From an uncultured Maribacter sp. (GTDB lineage Bacteria > Bacteroidota > Bacteroidia > Flavobacteriales > Flavobacteriaceae): a stretch of 64,000 nucleotides of DNA. Each line of letters opens with the position of its first letter. Position 1 is the first letter of the stretch. The notes below the pieces were generated by a model that worked only from the letters and a program-made list of their open reading frames with translations, made no database searches and was not told where the DNA came from. The stretch covers positions 86,549 to 150,548 of the forward strand of contig CANNFY010000005.1 of the NCBI GenBank assembly GCA_947504045.1, given 5' to 3'. This document shows positions 1 through 11,200 of the stretch, piece after piece. The position numbers and the translations under genes were made by a program.

Positions 1-769
1 GATCTTTCATGATTTGAACCAAAGTTGCTGGTGTTACCTGTTGTGCAGCATCACTCCATGCATTATCTGGATCAAAATGAGTTTCGATCATTAGACCATC
101 AAAATTAAGATCTAGTGCCGTTTGCGAAACATCAAAAATCATTTCTCTGTTACCTGTAATATGCGATGGATCGTTAATTAATGGTAAATCTGGAAATTTG
201 TTTTTAAACTCTATAGCTAATTGCCATTCTGGAATGTTTCTGTATTTTGTTTTCTCATACGTTGAGAAACCTCTATGTATTGCTCCTAAATTTTTAATAC
301 CAGCAGTATATAAACGTTCTATACCACCTAACCATAAAGATAAATCTGGGTTAATAGGGTTTTTTACTAATACTATTTTGTCTGTACCTGCTAATGCATC
401 TGCAATTTCTTGCATAATAAACGGACTTACAGAGGTACGAGCCCCAATCCATAACAAATCTATATCATGTTCTAAAGCTAATTCTACGTGTGCTCTATTA
501 GCAACTTCAGTACAAGTTTTCATACCTGTTTCTGCTTTTACTTTTTGCAACCACTTAAGCCCTAAAATACCTACGCCTTCAAAATTCCCAGGACGAGTTC
601 TTGGCTTCCAGATACCTGCTCTGTAATAACTTACATCTGTATCTTTAAGTTCATGAGCAATTTTTAAAACTTGCTCTTCTGTTTCAGCACTACATGGCCC
701 TGCTATTACTAGTGGATGATCTAGCTTCATGTCATCCAACCATGTTCTCATTTCTTTTGAATTTTCCAT
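1..769 (-). CDS. 3-deoxy-7-phosphoheptulonate (DAHP) synthase, class I-beta (KdsA-like); the 3' end runs off the window
   Basis: Absent from the ORF track because no stop lies in the window. My own translation from the ATG at 769..767 gives MENSKEMRTWLDDMKLDHPLVIAGPCSAETEEQVLKIAHELKDTDVSYYRAGIWKPRTRPGNFEGVG..., which carries the AGPCS and RAG.WKPRT signatures of this family. There is a 4-nt gap after the tyrA stop, so it belongs to the same operon. Confidence 0.8.
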   Translation of the reverse strand, partial: MENSKEMRTWLDDMKLDHPLVIAGPCSAETEEQVLKIAHELKDTDVSYYRAGIWKPRTRPGNFEGVGILGLKWLQKVKAETGMKTCTEVANRAHVELALEHDIDLLWIGARTSVSPFIMQEIADALAGTDKIVLVKNPINPDLSLWLGGIERLYTAGIKNLGAIHRGFSTYEKTKYRNIPEWQLAIEFKNKFPDLPLINDPSHITGNREMIFDVSQTALDLNFDGLMIETHFDPDNAWSDAAQQVTPATLVQIMKD

Positions 770-773
770 TTTT

Positions 774-1637
774 CTATTTATTCTTTGTTTGAGGTATTCC
801 GTTTAATATTTCTTTAATTTTATTGGTATTATTCATTTCATTATAAATGCCTTCATAATCATCATCAAGCAGCATTTTTTTAAACTCTGTAAGGTTGTTT
901 ATGTACCCTTCTAAAGTTTCTACAACATTATCTTTATTTTGTTTAAAAATAGGTGTCCACATTGCAGGTGAGCTTTTTGCTAAACGTACTGTACTTTCAA
1001 ATCCACTCCCAGCCATGTCAAAAATATCACGTTCATTTTTTTCTTTCTCAATAACTGTCTTTCCTAACATAAAAGCACTTATGTGTGACAAATGAGATAC
1101 ATAAGCTATATGTTTATCATGTGCTTCTGGATTCATATATCGTATGCGCATTCCTAAAGTTTGAAAAAGTTCTAAAGCTCTTTCTTGTAATTTAAATGCT
1201 GTTTTTTCTACTTCGCAGATTATATTTGTTTTTCCTTCATACAATCCATTAATTGCTGCTGAAGGTCCAGAAAATTCTGTTCCAGAAATTGGGTGGCATG
1301 CTAAAAAATTTCTTCTCTTTGGATGCTCTGCTAATGTTTTACAAATTTCTAATTTTGTAGAGCCTGCATCAAAAACCACACAATCATCTTTTACAGCATC
1401 TAATATTTTTGGCAGCTCTATAAGCATTGCTCCTACTGGAATACTTACAATTACCACATCTGCAATTTCTAATTTATTATAGCTAGATTTTTCATCAATT
1501 ATACCTAAAGACATTGCTTCCTCTAGGTGCTCTTCTTTTGCATCAACTCCAAAAATTGTAACATTAGGCACTAAACGCTTAATGTCTTTAACCATAGAGC
1601 CTCCTATTAATCCAATACCTATTACAAATACGTTCAT
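774..1637 (-). CDS. tyrA: prephenate dehydrogenase
   Basis: N-terminal Rossmann motif VIGIGLIGGS, a conserved HPISGTE block, and position inside a Phe/Tyr operon. ATG start verified. Confidence 0.85.
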   Translation of the reverse strand: MNVFVIGIGLIGGSMVKDIKRLVPNVTIFGVDAKEEHLEEAMSLGIIDEKSSYNKLEIADVVIVSIPVGAMLIELPKILDAVKDDCVVFDAGSTKLEICKTLAEHPKRRNFLACHPISGTEFSGPSAAINGLYEGKTNIICEVEKTAFKLQERALELFQTLGMRIRYMNPEAHDKHIAYVSHLSHISAFMLGKTVIEKEKNERDIFDMAGSGFESTVRLAKSSPAMWTPIFKQNKDNVVETLEGYINNLTEFKKMLLDDDYEGIYNEMNNTNKIKEILNGIPQTKNK

Positions 1638-1641
1638 TTTA

Positions 1642-2787
1642 TTAAAATCTTGCTATTGCTTCTTTAATTTTTTCTTCTTTTACACAAAGTGAAAAACGTA
1701 TATACCCTTCACCATTACTACCAAAAATAGTTCCTGGTGCTATAAATATATTTTTATCGTATAAAACCTCATCTACAAACTCTTCTGAAGATTTAGCTCC
1801 TGCTGGTAATTTTGCCCAAACAAACATACCTACTGCATTTTTATCATAAACACAATTTAACTTATCTGCTAACTGGAACATTAAATTTCTTCTAGAAGTA
1901 TACACTGCATCTAAAGAATTAAACCAGTCTTTACCACTTTGCAATGCTGCTATAGCCCCTTTTTGTATGCCATAAAACATACCAGAGTCCATATTACTTT
2001 TTACCTTTAAAATAGCGTTAATATGAGTACTATTTCCTAGCACCATACCTACACGCCAACCTGCCATGTTAAATGTTTTACTTAGAGAATTTAACTCTAA
2101 TACTGTTTCTTTTGCATTTTCTAATGCTAGTATACTGGTTGGGTTTTTACTTAAAACAAAACTATACGGGTTATCATTCACCAATAAAATAGAATTTGCC
2201 TTTGCAAAATTAATTAACTTTTGCAGCTTTTCTTTAGAAGCTATTGCTCCTGTTGGCATATGTGGGTAACAAACCCACATTACCTTAACTTTTGACAAAT
2301 CCTGTTTTTCTAGAGCTTCTAAATCTGGAAACCAATCATTATCTTCCGTAAGATTATATTCTTTAGGCACAGCTCCAACTAATTTTGTTACCGACGTATA
2401 GGTTGGATACCCTGGGTTTGGAATAAGTGCTTCATCACCTGGATTAAGAAAGGCCATACTTATATGCATTATACCTTCTTTAGATCCCATTAAAGGCAAA
2501 ATTTCATTTGTAGCATTTAATACAACCCCAAATTTATTTTTATAAAACGCTGAAATTGCATCTCTTAATTCTGGCAATCCTTGATAGCTTTGGTATTGAT
2601 GCGCTCCTGAATCTTTTAAAGAATTTGCCACTGCTTTTATTACGGCATCTGAAGGTGCTAAATCTGGACTACCAATACCCATATTAATAATGGGTTTTCC
2701 GTCCGATATTAATCCTCTTACTTCTCTTAATTTTTTTGAGAAATAGTATTCCTCTACTGTTTTTAATCTATCTGCAGTGGTAATCAT
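1642..2787 (-). CDS. PLP-dependent aminotransferase class I/II (aromatic/aspartate type)
   Basis: SLSKTFNMAGWRVG PLP-lysine block and NPGYPTY motif. Overlaps the pheA stop by 4 nt (translational coupling). Confidence 0.85.
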   Translation of the reverse strand: MITTADRLKTVEEYYFSKKLREVRGLISDGKPIINMGIGSPDLAPSDAVIKAVANSLKDSGAHQYQSYQGLPELRDAISAFYKNKFGVVLNATNEILPLMGSKEGIMHISMAFLNPGDEALIPNPGYPTYTSVTKLVGAVPKEYNLTEDNDWFPDLEALEKQDLSKVKVMWVCYPHMPTGAIASKEKLQKLINFAKANSILLVNDNPYSFVLSKNPTSILALENAKETVLELNSLSKTFNMAGWRVGMVLGNSTHINAILKVKSNMDSGMFYGIQKGAIAALQSGKDWFNSLDAVYTSRRNLMFQLADKLNCVYDKNAVGMFVWAKLPAGAKSSEEFVDEVLYDKNIFIAPGTIFGSNGEGYIRFSLCVKEEKIKEAIARF

Positions 2788-3611
2788 ACTCTTGCATTTT
2801 TATATTCACCCAATACTTTAAAATCTTCAGACATTATCTCTAAAAGTGCTTTTGCTTTACTAAAATCTGCATAAGCATCAAAAGTAATATCTACAAAAAA
2901 AGCATATTTCCAAGGTGTTTCTATTATTGGCAAAGACTGTATTTTTGTTAGGTTTAAATTACAATCACTCATTACATTTAATACGGTAGCCAAACTTCCT
3001 CTTTTATGGTCTGTAACAAACCTAATTGATGCTTTATTAATTTCTTCTTTTGCTAATTCTTTATTTGTAGTGTTAACTATAATAAACCTTGTAGAATTAT
3101 CTTTTATAGTCTGTATTTCAGATGCTACAATATCTAAATTATATAACTCTGCCGCTACCTTAGGAGCTATTGCTGCTACATTTTTTAACGCTTTTTCTTT
3201 AATTTGCTTTGCAGTTTCTGCAGTATCTACATCTTCTACAAGTTTAATTTTTGGATATGCTTTAAAATATTCTTTACACTGCAATAATGCCATTGGATGC
3301 GAACGAACTTCTTCTATATCTTCTAAAGTTTGTCCTTTATACACCATAAGGTTATGATGTATATTTAAATAAAACTCTCCAATAATATGTAAGTTGTTAT
3401 GGTATACCAATGCATAATTTGGAATTATAGAACCAGCTATAGAATTTTCTATTGCCATAATACCTTTATCTGCTTTGCCTTGTAAAAGTTGCTCTACAAG
3501 AATATCAAAAGATAAACACTCTACTAAATTAACATCATCTCCAAAATAGTCTTTTGCTACCTGGTGGTGGTTAGATCCTTTTATTCCTTGTATTGCTATA
3601 TTTAATTTCAT
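2784..3611 (-). CDS. pheA: prephenate dehydratase with C-terminal ACT domain
   Basis: NSTRFIIV motif of the PDT domain and an ACT-like GSLATVLNVMSDCNLNLTKIQSLP block. First gene of the operon. Confidence 0.9.
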   Translation of the reverse strand: MKLNIAIQGIKGSNHHQVAKDYFGDDVNLVECLSFDILVEQLLQGKADKGIMAIENSIAGSIIPNYALVYHNNLHIIGEFYLNIHHNLMVYKGQTLEDIEEVRSHPMALLQCKEYFKAYPKIKLVEDVDTAETAKQIKEKALKNVAAIAPKVAAELYNLDIVASEIQTIKDNSTRFIIVNTTNKELAKEEINKASIRFVTDHKRGSLATVLNVMSDCNLNLTKIQSLPIIETPWKYAFFVDITFDAYADFSKAKALLEIMSEDFKVLGEYKNARV

Positions 3612-3660
3612 TTACTCCAAATTGCTATTTTATTACGAAATAGCTTTTTCATTTTTTATC

Positions 3661-3696
3661 AAAAAAAAAGTTCCGATTTTATCGGAACTTTTTTCT
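3661..3696 (-). terminator. intrinsic terminator inside the pheA leader (attenuator terminator)
   Basis: The minus-strand RNA is GAAAAAAGUUCCGAU-AAA-AUCGGAACUUUUUUUUU. It has an 8-bp core stem extended by A:U pairs, followed by a 9-U run, and lies 50 nt upstream of the pheA ATG. Confidence 0.75.
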
Positions 3697-3715
3697 ATAT
3701 ATGTTTTAAAATATT

Positions 3716-3787
3716 CTAGAATAGTCCCGTACTTCTTTTAAAAAAGAAGTAAAAAGTAAAACCATTAAAAAAATATTTCTTTGTCAT
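3716..3787 (-). CDS. candidate Phe/Tyr-rich leader peptide (23 aa) of the pheA operon
   Basis: My own translation is ATG..TAG = MTKKYFFNGFTFYFFFKRSTGLF*, with 8 Phe and 2 Tyr in 23 codons. It lies between a TATTTTTG -7-like box (3825..3832, minus) and the leader terminator. Confidence 0.6.
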   Translation of the reverse strand: MTKKYFFNGFTFYFFFKRSTGLF

Positions 3788-3912
3788 TATTTTTATAAAT
3801 CTGCGCTAATGTAGTAATAATATTCAAAAATAAAAGACATAAACTATATTTTTTATTTTTTATCACTACAAATGTTACGAAATAACAATATTAGAACACA
3901 TAAATTAAATAA

Positions 3913-3940
3913 AAAGAGCCCTCTAGACAGAGAGCTCTTT
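3913..3940 (-). terminator. intrinsic terminator downstream of the lipoprotein gene
   Basis: AAAGAGC..GCUCUUU stem with an inner CUCU/AGAG extension, followed on the minus strand by UUAUUU. It lies about 20 nt after the stop at 3960. Confidence 0.7.
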
Positions 3941-3959
3941 ATCAAAATTTTATATCATC

Positions 3960-5078
3960 TTATTTTTTATTGAAATGATATTCGTAAACTTCTTCTTCTC
4001 CATCATATGTGTCTGTTTCTGAAATAACAAATGTATTAGATGTAATTGTTATTTCTCCATCAAAAGCCAAATAACCATCTTCTTCTATCTCTGAATATGT
4101 TTCTCCATCATATGTTTCCGTATATTCAAACTCTACTAAAGTTAATTTGCTTTCCTCTTCATTATAAGCCCATTTACCTATAGAATTATATATTTCTTCC
4201 TCTTCTTCATAAATTGTTTCACATGCCTGTTCTGATGCATCCCAGTCTAAACTTTTACTTGTATCGTAATAAGTATATTCATACGACCCATCGCTTTTAA
4301 AATTCATTACTAAATTATCTGTAGTATAACAATATTCTATGACAACCTCTTTAGTTTCTCCACTGTCGCAACTTAAAGAAGTAGTATATGTATCTTCATC
4401 ACAATATTCTTCTCCAACATTAATTGTTTCTCCATCATATATCTCTTTAGTTAATTCCCAATCTGCAACAAGGTTACTATTACCTCCCCAAGATTCTACA
4501 GTTACACAAACTTCCGAAGGAGCACTAATATTTCCTTGCCCATCATACACACAAATTACATAACAAAATGTACCTGCAGTAACTTCTGCGCCAAAGTTTA
4601 CATCTATAGAAGTATCTTCATCTTTAGCTGTTAAATTACCTTTAGCAGACTTCTTATTAGTGAAAAAACCTTTTTTAGCTGTTTTAGTCACTTTATTGTA
4701 AACACCTGAGGTTGCATTTGCTGGAATATCGAAATAAGAATCTGCTATTCCGTTTTCGTCTTTTAACTGCACATAAGCACCTGCAAAACCTTCTGGAGCC
4801 TGAAATTCGATATCAAATCCATTGGTTTGAAAAGCAGTTTGCTTATCATAATCTAAACTAAACTCTATATCCCCTGTAGGAACCGGGCTTCCTTGTACTT
4901 CTGTAGCACCATCTATAGAAATGCCACCAGTAACAGCATTAACATCTAATAAAACTTCCTCTAATTCATTTACTCCTTCTGGGTCCGAATTACTATCTAA
5001 TTTGTTTTCATCATCTTTAGAACACGACAAAGCAGCAATTGCTAAACAGCCCATTAAGAATACATTTACTTTTTTCAT
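3960..5078 (-). CDS. acidic lipoprotein of unknown function, probably surface-exposed, with a lipocalin-like C-terminal half
   Basis: Signal peptide ending in LSC, followed by SKDDE (acidic residues after the +1 Cys, as in the Bacteroidetes lipoprotein export signal). Very Asp/Glu/Tyr/Thr-rich. The WELTKEIYDGE-type block is reminiscent of Bacteroidetes lipocalin-like domains. Confidence 0.55.
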   Translation of the reverse strand: MKKVNVFLMGCLAIAALSCSKDDENKLDSNSDPEGVNELEEVLLDVNAVTGGISIDGATEVQGSPVPTGDIEFSLDYDKQTAFQTNGFDIEFQAPEGFAGAYVQLKDENGIADSYFDIPANATSGVYNKVTKTAKKGFFTNKKSAKGNLTAKDEDTSIDVNFGAEVTAGTFCYVICVYDGQGNISAPSEVCVTVESWGGNSNLVADWELTKEIYDGETINVGEEYCDEDTYTTSLSCDSGETKEVVIEYCYTTDNLVMNFKSDGSYEYTYYDTSKSLDWDASEQACETIYEEEEEIYNSIGKWAYNEEESKLTLVEFEYTETYDGETYSEIEEDGYLAFDGEITITSNTFVISETDTYDGEEEVYEYHFNKK

Positions 5079-5273
5079 AATTTAAATTTTGGTTTTTTGG
5101 TTGAATCCTTTCCAGAAACGCAGAACATTGTTTCTTTATTGTAAACATAAAAAAATTAAACTACGATTAATGTAAGAATAACACTTACATTAAAATCAAA
5201 TAAATTACCTCATCTTATGTTTCATCCTCTTTAGAATTTCTACAATTAGTTACGATAAAGACAATATTTTCTT

Positions 5274-8200
5274 TTACCTATACAAAGTAAAGTGCCCTAC
5301 AAACTCACGAGTGTCATTTTCTCCATTTAGCTTTATGATATACCAATAATCTCCTGTTGGCAGGTTATTATCGTTATAAAAGCCATCCCACCCTTGTGGA
5401 TTATCTTTCAAGGTATATACCTTACGTCCGTAACGATCATATATGTTTATCCAAATATCTGGAAACTGTTCTATATTTTTAGGTATCCAATAATCGTTTT
5501 TACCATCGCCGTTTGGAGTAAATGCATTAGGAATTTCTATGTCTATAAATTCCATAAAAATAGTTTCAAAACTTTCGCAACCATTGGCATCTACAACCCT
5601 TACAACATAATCTCTAGTCTCTCTAATGTAGAAGGTATTATCATTACCATTATCAACATCATCAAAATAGTAGGTGTATTCTTCTCTTCCTCCAATAACT
5701 ACTGCTGTTATCTCATTTAAATTTCTTTGTTCCAACTCTAAGAAAAGAGGTTCAAATTCTTCAACTTCAAATTCTAATATATTTATACATCCATTAGAAT
5801 GAGCTATAGTAATAAAATGTTCCCCTGGAACTAAGTTTTCAAAATTAGACTCAAATACCATTTCATTTGGATCATCTGTATCTAAACCATAAAGCACATC
5901 GGATGCAACAGAAAGGTCTTCTAAAGTAACCTGTACATTAGTTTGAGGCACGTCTCCAGAACATTCATAGTTTACAGTTACATCTGCATTAATGTTTGCA
6001 CCGTTTTCTACTGCAATATTTTTATTTGTTATACACCCATTAGCATCTTTAACAAAAATAATATAGTCTCCTCCTGCTAGAGAATCAAAGGTTAATCTTC
6101 CTTCTACAAAATCGATATCTGCATTACTATTTATGCTTGAGCTATATGGTGCTGTTCCTCCTTGAACAGTGATAGATACTGTACCATTTTCATCTCCTGC
6201 ACAAATTTCTGGAGTAGAACTTAAATCAATTTCTAAAGCCTCTGGTTCATCAATACTAAATTCTATTATATCAAAACAGTTATTACTATCCTGTACAATA
6301 ACCGTATAATCTCCTGGCTCTAAATCTTCAAAAGTATTATCATCAAAAAATTGATTAAGGTTTGGAGAAATTGCATATTGATATTCTCCTGAACCTCCTT
6401 GTACATTAAGAACTACACTACCATTATCATCGCCCTTACAACTAACATTTGTTATAATTGGGTTAACTTCTAATAGTAAAGGCTCTACAACTATAACTTC
6501 TTCAGATATTTCAGAACAATCTTGACTTTGAACATTTACATAATAATTACCTGCCGTTAAGTCTGAAAAAACTCCTGTGCTTTGGTAAGGTCTAATTTCA
6601 TTTGTTAAACCAGCATCTGCATATAATGCATATTGGTAATCTCCTAAACCTCCATTTGCAGAAGCTACAATTACAGCTGTATTATCTCCATTACAGCTTA
6701 TTAAAGCTCCATCTGTATTTACCGTAACAGTTAACGTTTCTATCTCGTTAATTTCTACACCATTAGAAACGGTAGATACACAATTAAAATCATCTTTAAT
6801 ATAATATTGATATGATCCAACACCAACATTTTGAAACAAGTGTGTATTTGCTCCATTAGTCTCATTCATTGCATTAAATGTTATTCCATCTGCACTCCAG
6901 GTATACGGTGCTGTGCCTCCTACTGCACTTAACTCTAATTCTGCATCCGAAGTACAACCTAATGTTTCTGTTACTATTAAAGTTCCAATAATATCAGATG
7001 GTTCTATAATTTCTACTATTTCAGATTCATAGCTACATTCCATATCATCTAAAACAAAAACAGAATAAAAGCCTGAGTCTAAATTTTCAAAAGTAGCATT
7101 CGTTTGTGAAACCGTACTTTGTAATAGTACAGAGCCCGAGCTATCATTATATTCATTTAAAACATATCTATATTCCGGCGTAACATTTCTAGAATTTACA
7201 CTAAAATTAACTTCTGCATTTGTATCTCCAGCACAACTTAATTCTGTTGCTGTAATAGTTCCTGAAATAGGGTCTGGCAATAAAATTTCAAAAGCATTTA
7301 CAAAGTTTTCTGTACAACCTAAGGCATCTACCACCTGAATACTATATACACCCGAAGTTAAATCTTTAAAATGATGCGAATTAACATTATTGACTGTAGA
7401 TATAGGCATGCCAGTTGTTGTATTTGTTATACTAATACTGTAAGTTGCCTCTCCTCCTAAAGGTTGTATAATAGCTGAACCTTGATTATTATTACAACCC
7501 GCATGTTCTACATCAATAGCCGCAATTGTTACTGGTGCTGTTGGTGTAGTTATTGTAAATGCTCTTTTTTGACTACAGTTTGGTAAATTATCTTGAATAA
7601 GTTCTACAAAATAACTGCCAGCCGGAATAAATATAGGAGCTGTTTGCCCTATAGGAACATTATTTTCTGTATACGTTAAACTATCATCCGAATCATCATT
7701 TGGTGTTCCTTGCGTATTATATATGTTTAGCGTAAAATTATTGGTATACGTGGCATCAGAAATAGTAAACTGAACACTTCCATCATCTCCAAAACAAACA
7801 GCATTGGTTAAAACCTCTGCGGTAACATTAAAGGTATTTGGTTCTTCAACCGTATGCTCTACTGTAATCTCGCAGCCAGTATTTTTATTCCTAACTGCAA
7901 AAGTATACGTATCTGGCTGTAAGTCTACAAATACATTTGAATCTTGATATACACCTGATGGAACTATACTAAACTCATAATTGGTTACACTTAATGGACC
8001 AACAGGTGAACCTCCTAAAGGAGTAATACTAATATCTTCTCCTAAATTTACACAACTAATACTTTCATCTACACTTATTGATGCAGAAGTAAGTGTTTCA
8101 AAAGCTGGGATTGTTACTATGGTTTCTCCACTACAATTATGATCATCATAAACTCTAACTAAAATATCTACATCTACCGCAGATACATTGGTGTGCGTAT

Positions 8201-11200
8201 AACTTAAATCTGTTCCGCTTTGTAATACATTACCACTTGCATCCTCAATAAACTCATAACGAACATATGTGGTTGTTCCTCCATTAATACTGGTTTCATC
8301 TATAGTAATTATAGCATTATTTACACTATTATTACTAGTACATGCAAATGGTGTTACCATTGGCATATCAAATGTTATATCATTTGGTTCTAACACTGGA
8401 ATAACAGAAATATTAGATTGTATAGCCATACAACCATTTATTCCTGTTGCCGTAATTACATAATCATCTCCTGGTAAATTTTCAAATGTGGTTGTAGCCG
8501 CATTAAAAGTACCAACGTTAGGAGAAATAGTATATGTTAATGGACTTACACCATTATTTGTAGGTGTTATAACAATTTTTCCATCAGCTGCACCATAACA
8601 AGAAACATGATATGGCACCACACTAAAGTCTGGCGTTGTAGCTACTGGTACTTCTACCTCAAAACTACGATTACACTCTGGAGAGCTAGTATTTGTATCA
8701 TACACATTTACAGTATAGGTATCTGCAGTGGTAATAAGCTCAGTTAAAGGATTTGTTGTTAATGCTTGTCTTGCAACTAAAGTTCCAGAAGTACTTAAAA
8801 TTTCGTACTCATAATTACCAGAACCAAAAGTAACTTCTATCTCTATTTCTGCCTCATTACCAGCTCCACAACCTAAGCTTTTAGTTAATTTTGCACTTGC
8901 TTGTAACGTTGGCTCAACTTGTATAGCCTGGGAAGCCTCACAACCATTACCATCCTTAATAGATATTGTATAACTTCCTGAAGCAATGTCTGTAAATACA
9001 CCTCCATTATCTTCATAATTTACACCGTCTATAGAATATAATATTGGTGCAGCACTACTACTTGAGGCTGAAACGTTTACTGTTGCCGATGTATCACAAT
9101 TATCTATTTCTATAGAATCTATAGTTGGGTTAGCGGTTAAACTTAAAGTAACCCCTGCTAATGGAGAACTACAACCATATTGGTCACTAATTTCTATATT
9201 ATATGTTCCTGCAGGAGAATTTGATGGAATCTCAATTGGGTTATCTGTTGTTCCTGTAATAGTGGTAAACGGAGATGGCCCAGTTACCGTATACCTATAG
9301 GTGCCACCGCCTCCTTGTATATTATCTACTAAAATAATACCTGGAGACTCACAGCTTATATCTTGTATACGGTTTGGAGTTGCAGTTATCACATCTAATT
9401 CTTCTAAAATTTGGTTTTCACTAGCACTTGTACATTGAGATACTCCTCCAGAATCTACTTGAGTAACTACTATATAGTACTCATTTGAAGATAGTCCTGT
9501 AATTGTTATGGTATTTGAATACGGTATATTTCCGCCACTTGTTGTAATAACTGCATCATTAATATCATATAATGTCCAGTTCATTTCTGGCTCAGTACTC
9601 CCATCAGTATCTGTTACTGTATAAGTAATTTCTCCATTATTAGCTGCGTTACAAGACGGTGTTACCTCTCCTGTAATATCCATAGGATTCGTAATAATAT
9701 CATTTACATTTACACTACTTTGACGTACACAACCAGCAGCATCACGTACATAAAAAGAATACGTTCTACCTGGTATTAATCCTAAAAATGTATGTGTAAC
9801 ACCTGAAGCGTATGGAGTAGTCCATCCATTTGCAGGGGTAACAGAATCAAAATTAGCAGGATCTTCTGAATACGTATACTCGTATGGAGCAGATCCATTT
9901 TGTCCTCTAACGGTAACTTCTAATTTATCGCAATCTACAATTATTGGTAAAATTGTAATATCTAAATCATCTAATGGATATGGAATAATATAAGGTTCCA
10001 AATCTACTTGGCAAACTGTATTTCCTGAACCATCTATGGTTCTCATAGAAGGATACACCGTTGTTCCTGATAAATACCCCGTTAATTGATCTGTTGTTCC
10101 TACTATACTATTATCTCCTACCCATGTTGACCCACCATCTGCACTAAACTCAATTGTACCTAATGTAGTTGGGTATGCATTAAAAGCAAATCCAAAATCA
10201 TTAACATCTCCTGTACAATTGGCTGGCGTAATAGAGGTTATTGTAGCACTAAGTTCTTCTGGCTCCGAAATAAGAATTCCTGAAACAGTTTCAGTACAAG
10301 AATTAGCATCTGTTATAATTACATCATAATTACCTGGTGCTAAATTAAAATATGTTTTTGTCGTTCCTACAACCCCACTTTGCGTTTGGCTAGATGTTCC
10401 ATTATCAACATCTACTAACTCGTAAGTAAATGGTGAAAGACCAGAAGTTATACTCACAGCTATACTACCACTTTCTCCATAACAAACTGCATCTGTAGGT
10501 ACAGCTGTTACAGCTAATACTGGAGAACTTTTTACTTCTACAGTTTTCATAAATTGGCAATACGGAGAGGTATTTGCATTATCTCGCACGTAAACATCAT
10601 AATTACCAACAGTTGCATTAGTAACCGTAAATGTATTTGTCGCATTAAAATCTGTATCTTGTATTGTTGCACCAGCATTTACAAACGCATACTCATAATT
10701 TCCATCTCCTCCGGAAGCATTAACCGTAATGCTACCATCTGCACAAGCACTAACATCTGTTGTACTAACTTCTGCTTCTAAACTTGGCTCTATAGTAATG
10801 GTTTGTACCGCTGACATACAGTTGTAAGCATCTGTAACCTCAATATTATAAATTCCTTCAGAAAGACCTGAAAAAGTATATGTTGTAGGCGTTGCTGCAT
10901 CTGGTGACATCCACGCACCATTATTAATTCTAAATTGATAATCGCCATTACCCGCAGTTACCAAAGCAGTAATACTTGCATTACTTAACCCATTATAACA
11001 AGCTGGTGATTGCGTAAGTCCAAATACAATATCCTCAGGTTTAGTCACTGCTAAAGGTGTGGTAGATACTACTTCACAATTATTAGCATCTTTAACCCTT
11101 ACCACATAACTTCCTTCTGGAACATTTGTAAAAATATCCTCTGTTTGGTATGCTCTTATAACTGTATTAGAACTATCCTCTAATTGATATTCATATCCTG

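Noticed and set aside
198-626. 142-aa plus-strand ORF
   Set aside because: It lies entirely antisense to the well-supported DAHP synthase reading frame. The composition is low in information, I recognise no family, and such antisense ORFs are typical in AT-rich DNA.
5169-5191. Hairpin AATGTAAG..CTTACATT between the adhesin stop and the lipoprotein gene, considered as a terminator
   Set aside because: The stem is only 8 bp and AT-rich, with no adjacent U-run on the minus strand. That is too weak to call, so the two genes may be co-transcribed.
5394-5720. Plus-strand and alternative-frame ORFs inside the giant adhesin gene (also 8269..8463, 10554..10781, 11587..11781, 12280..12483, 12953..13135, 15685..15900, 15987..16187, 16190..16429 and 17447..17653)
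   Set aside because: All are embedded in a single 12.3-kb frame with continuous, recognisable domain content. Their translations are low-complexity and unlike any family. I treat them as shadow ORFs.
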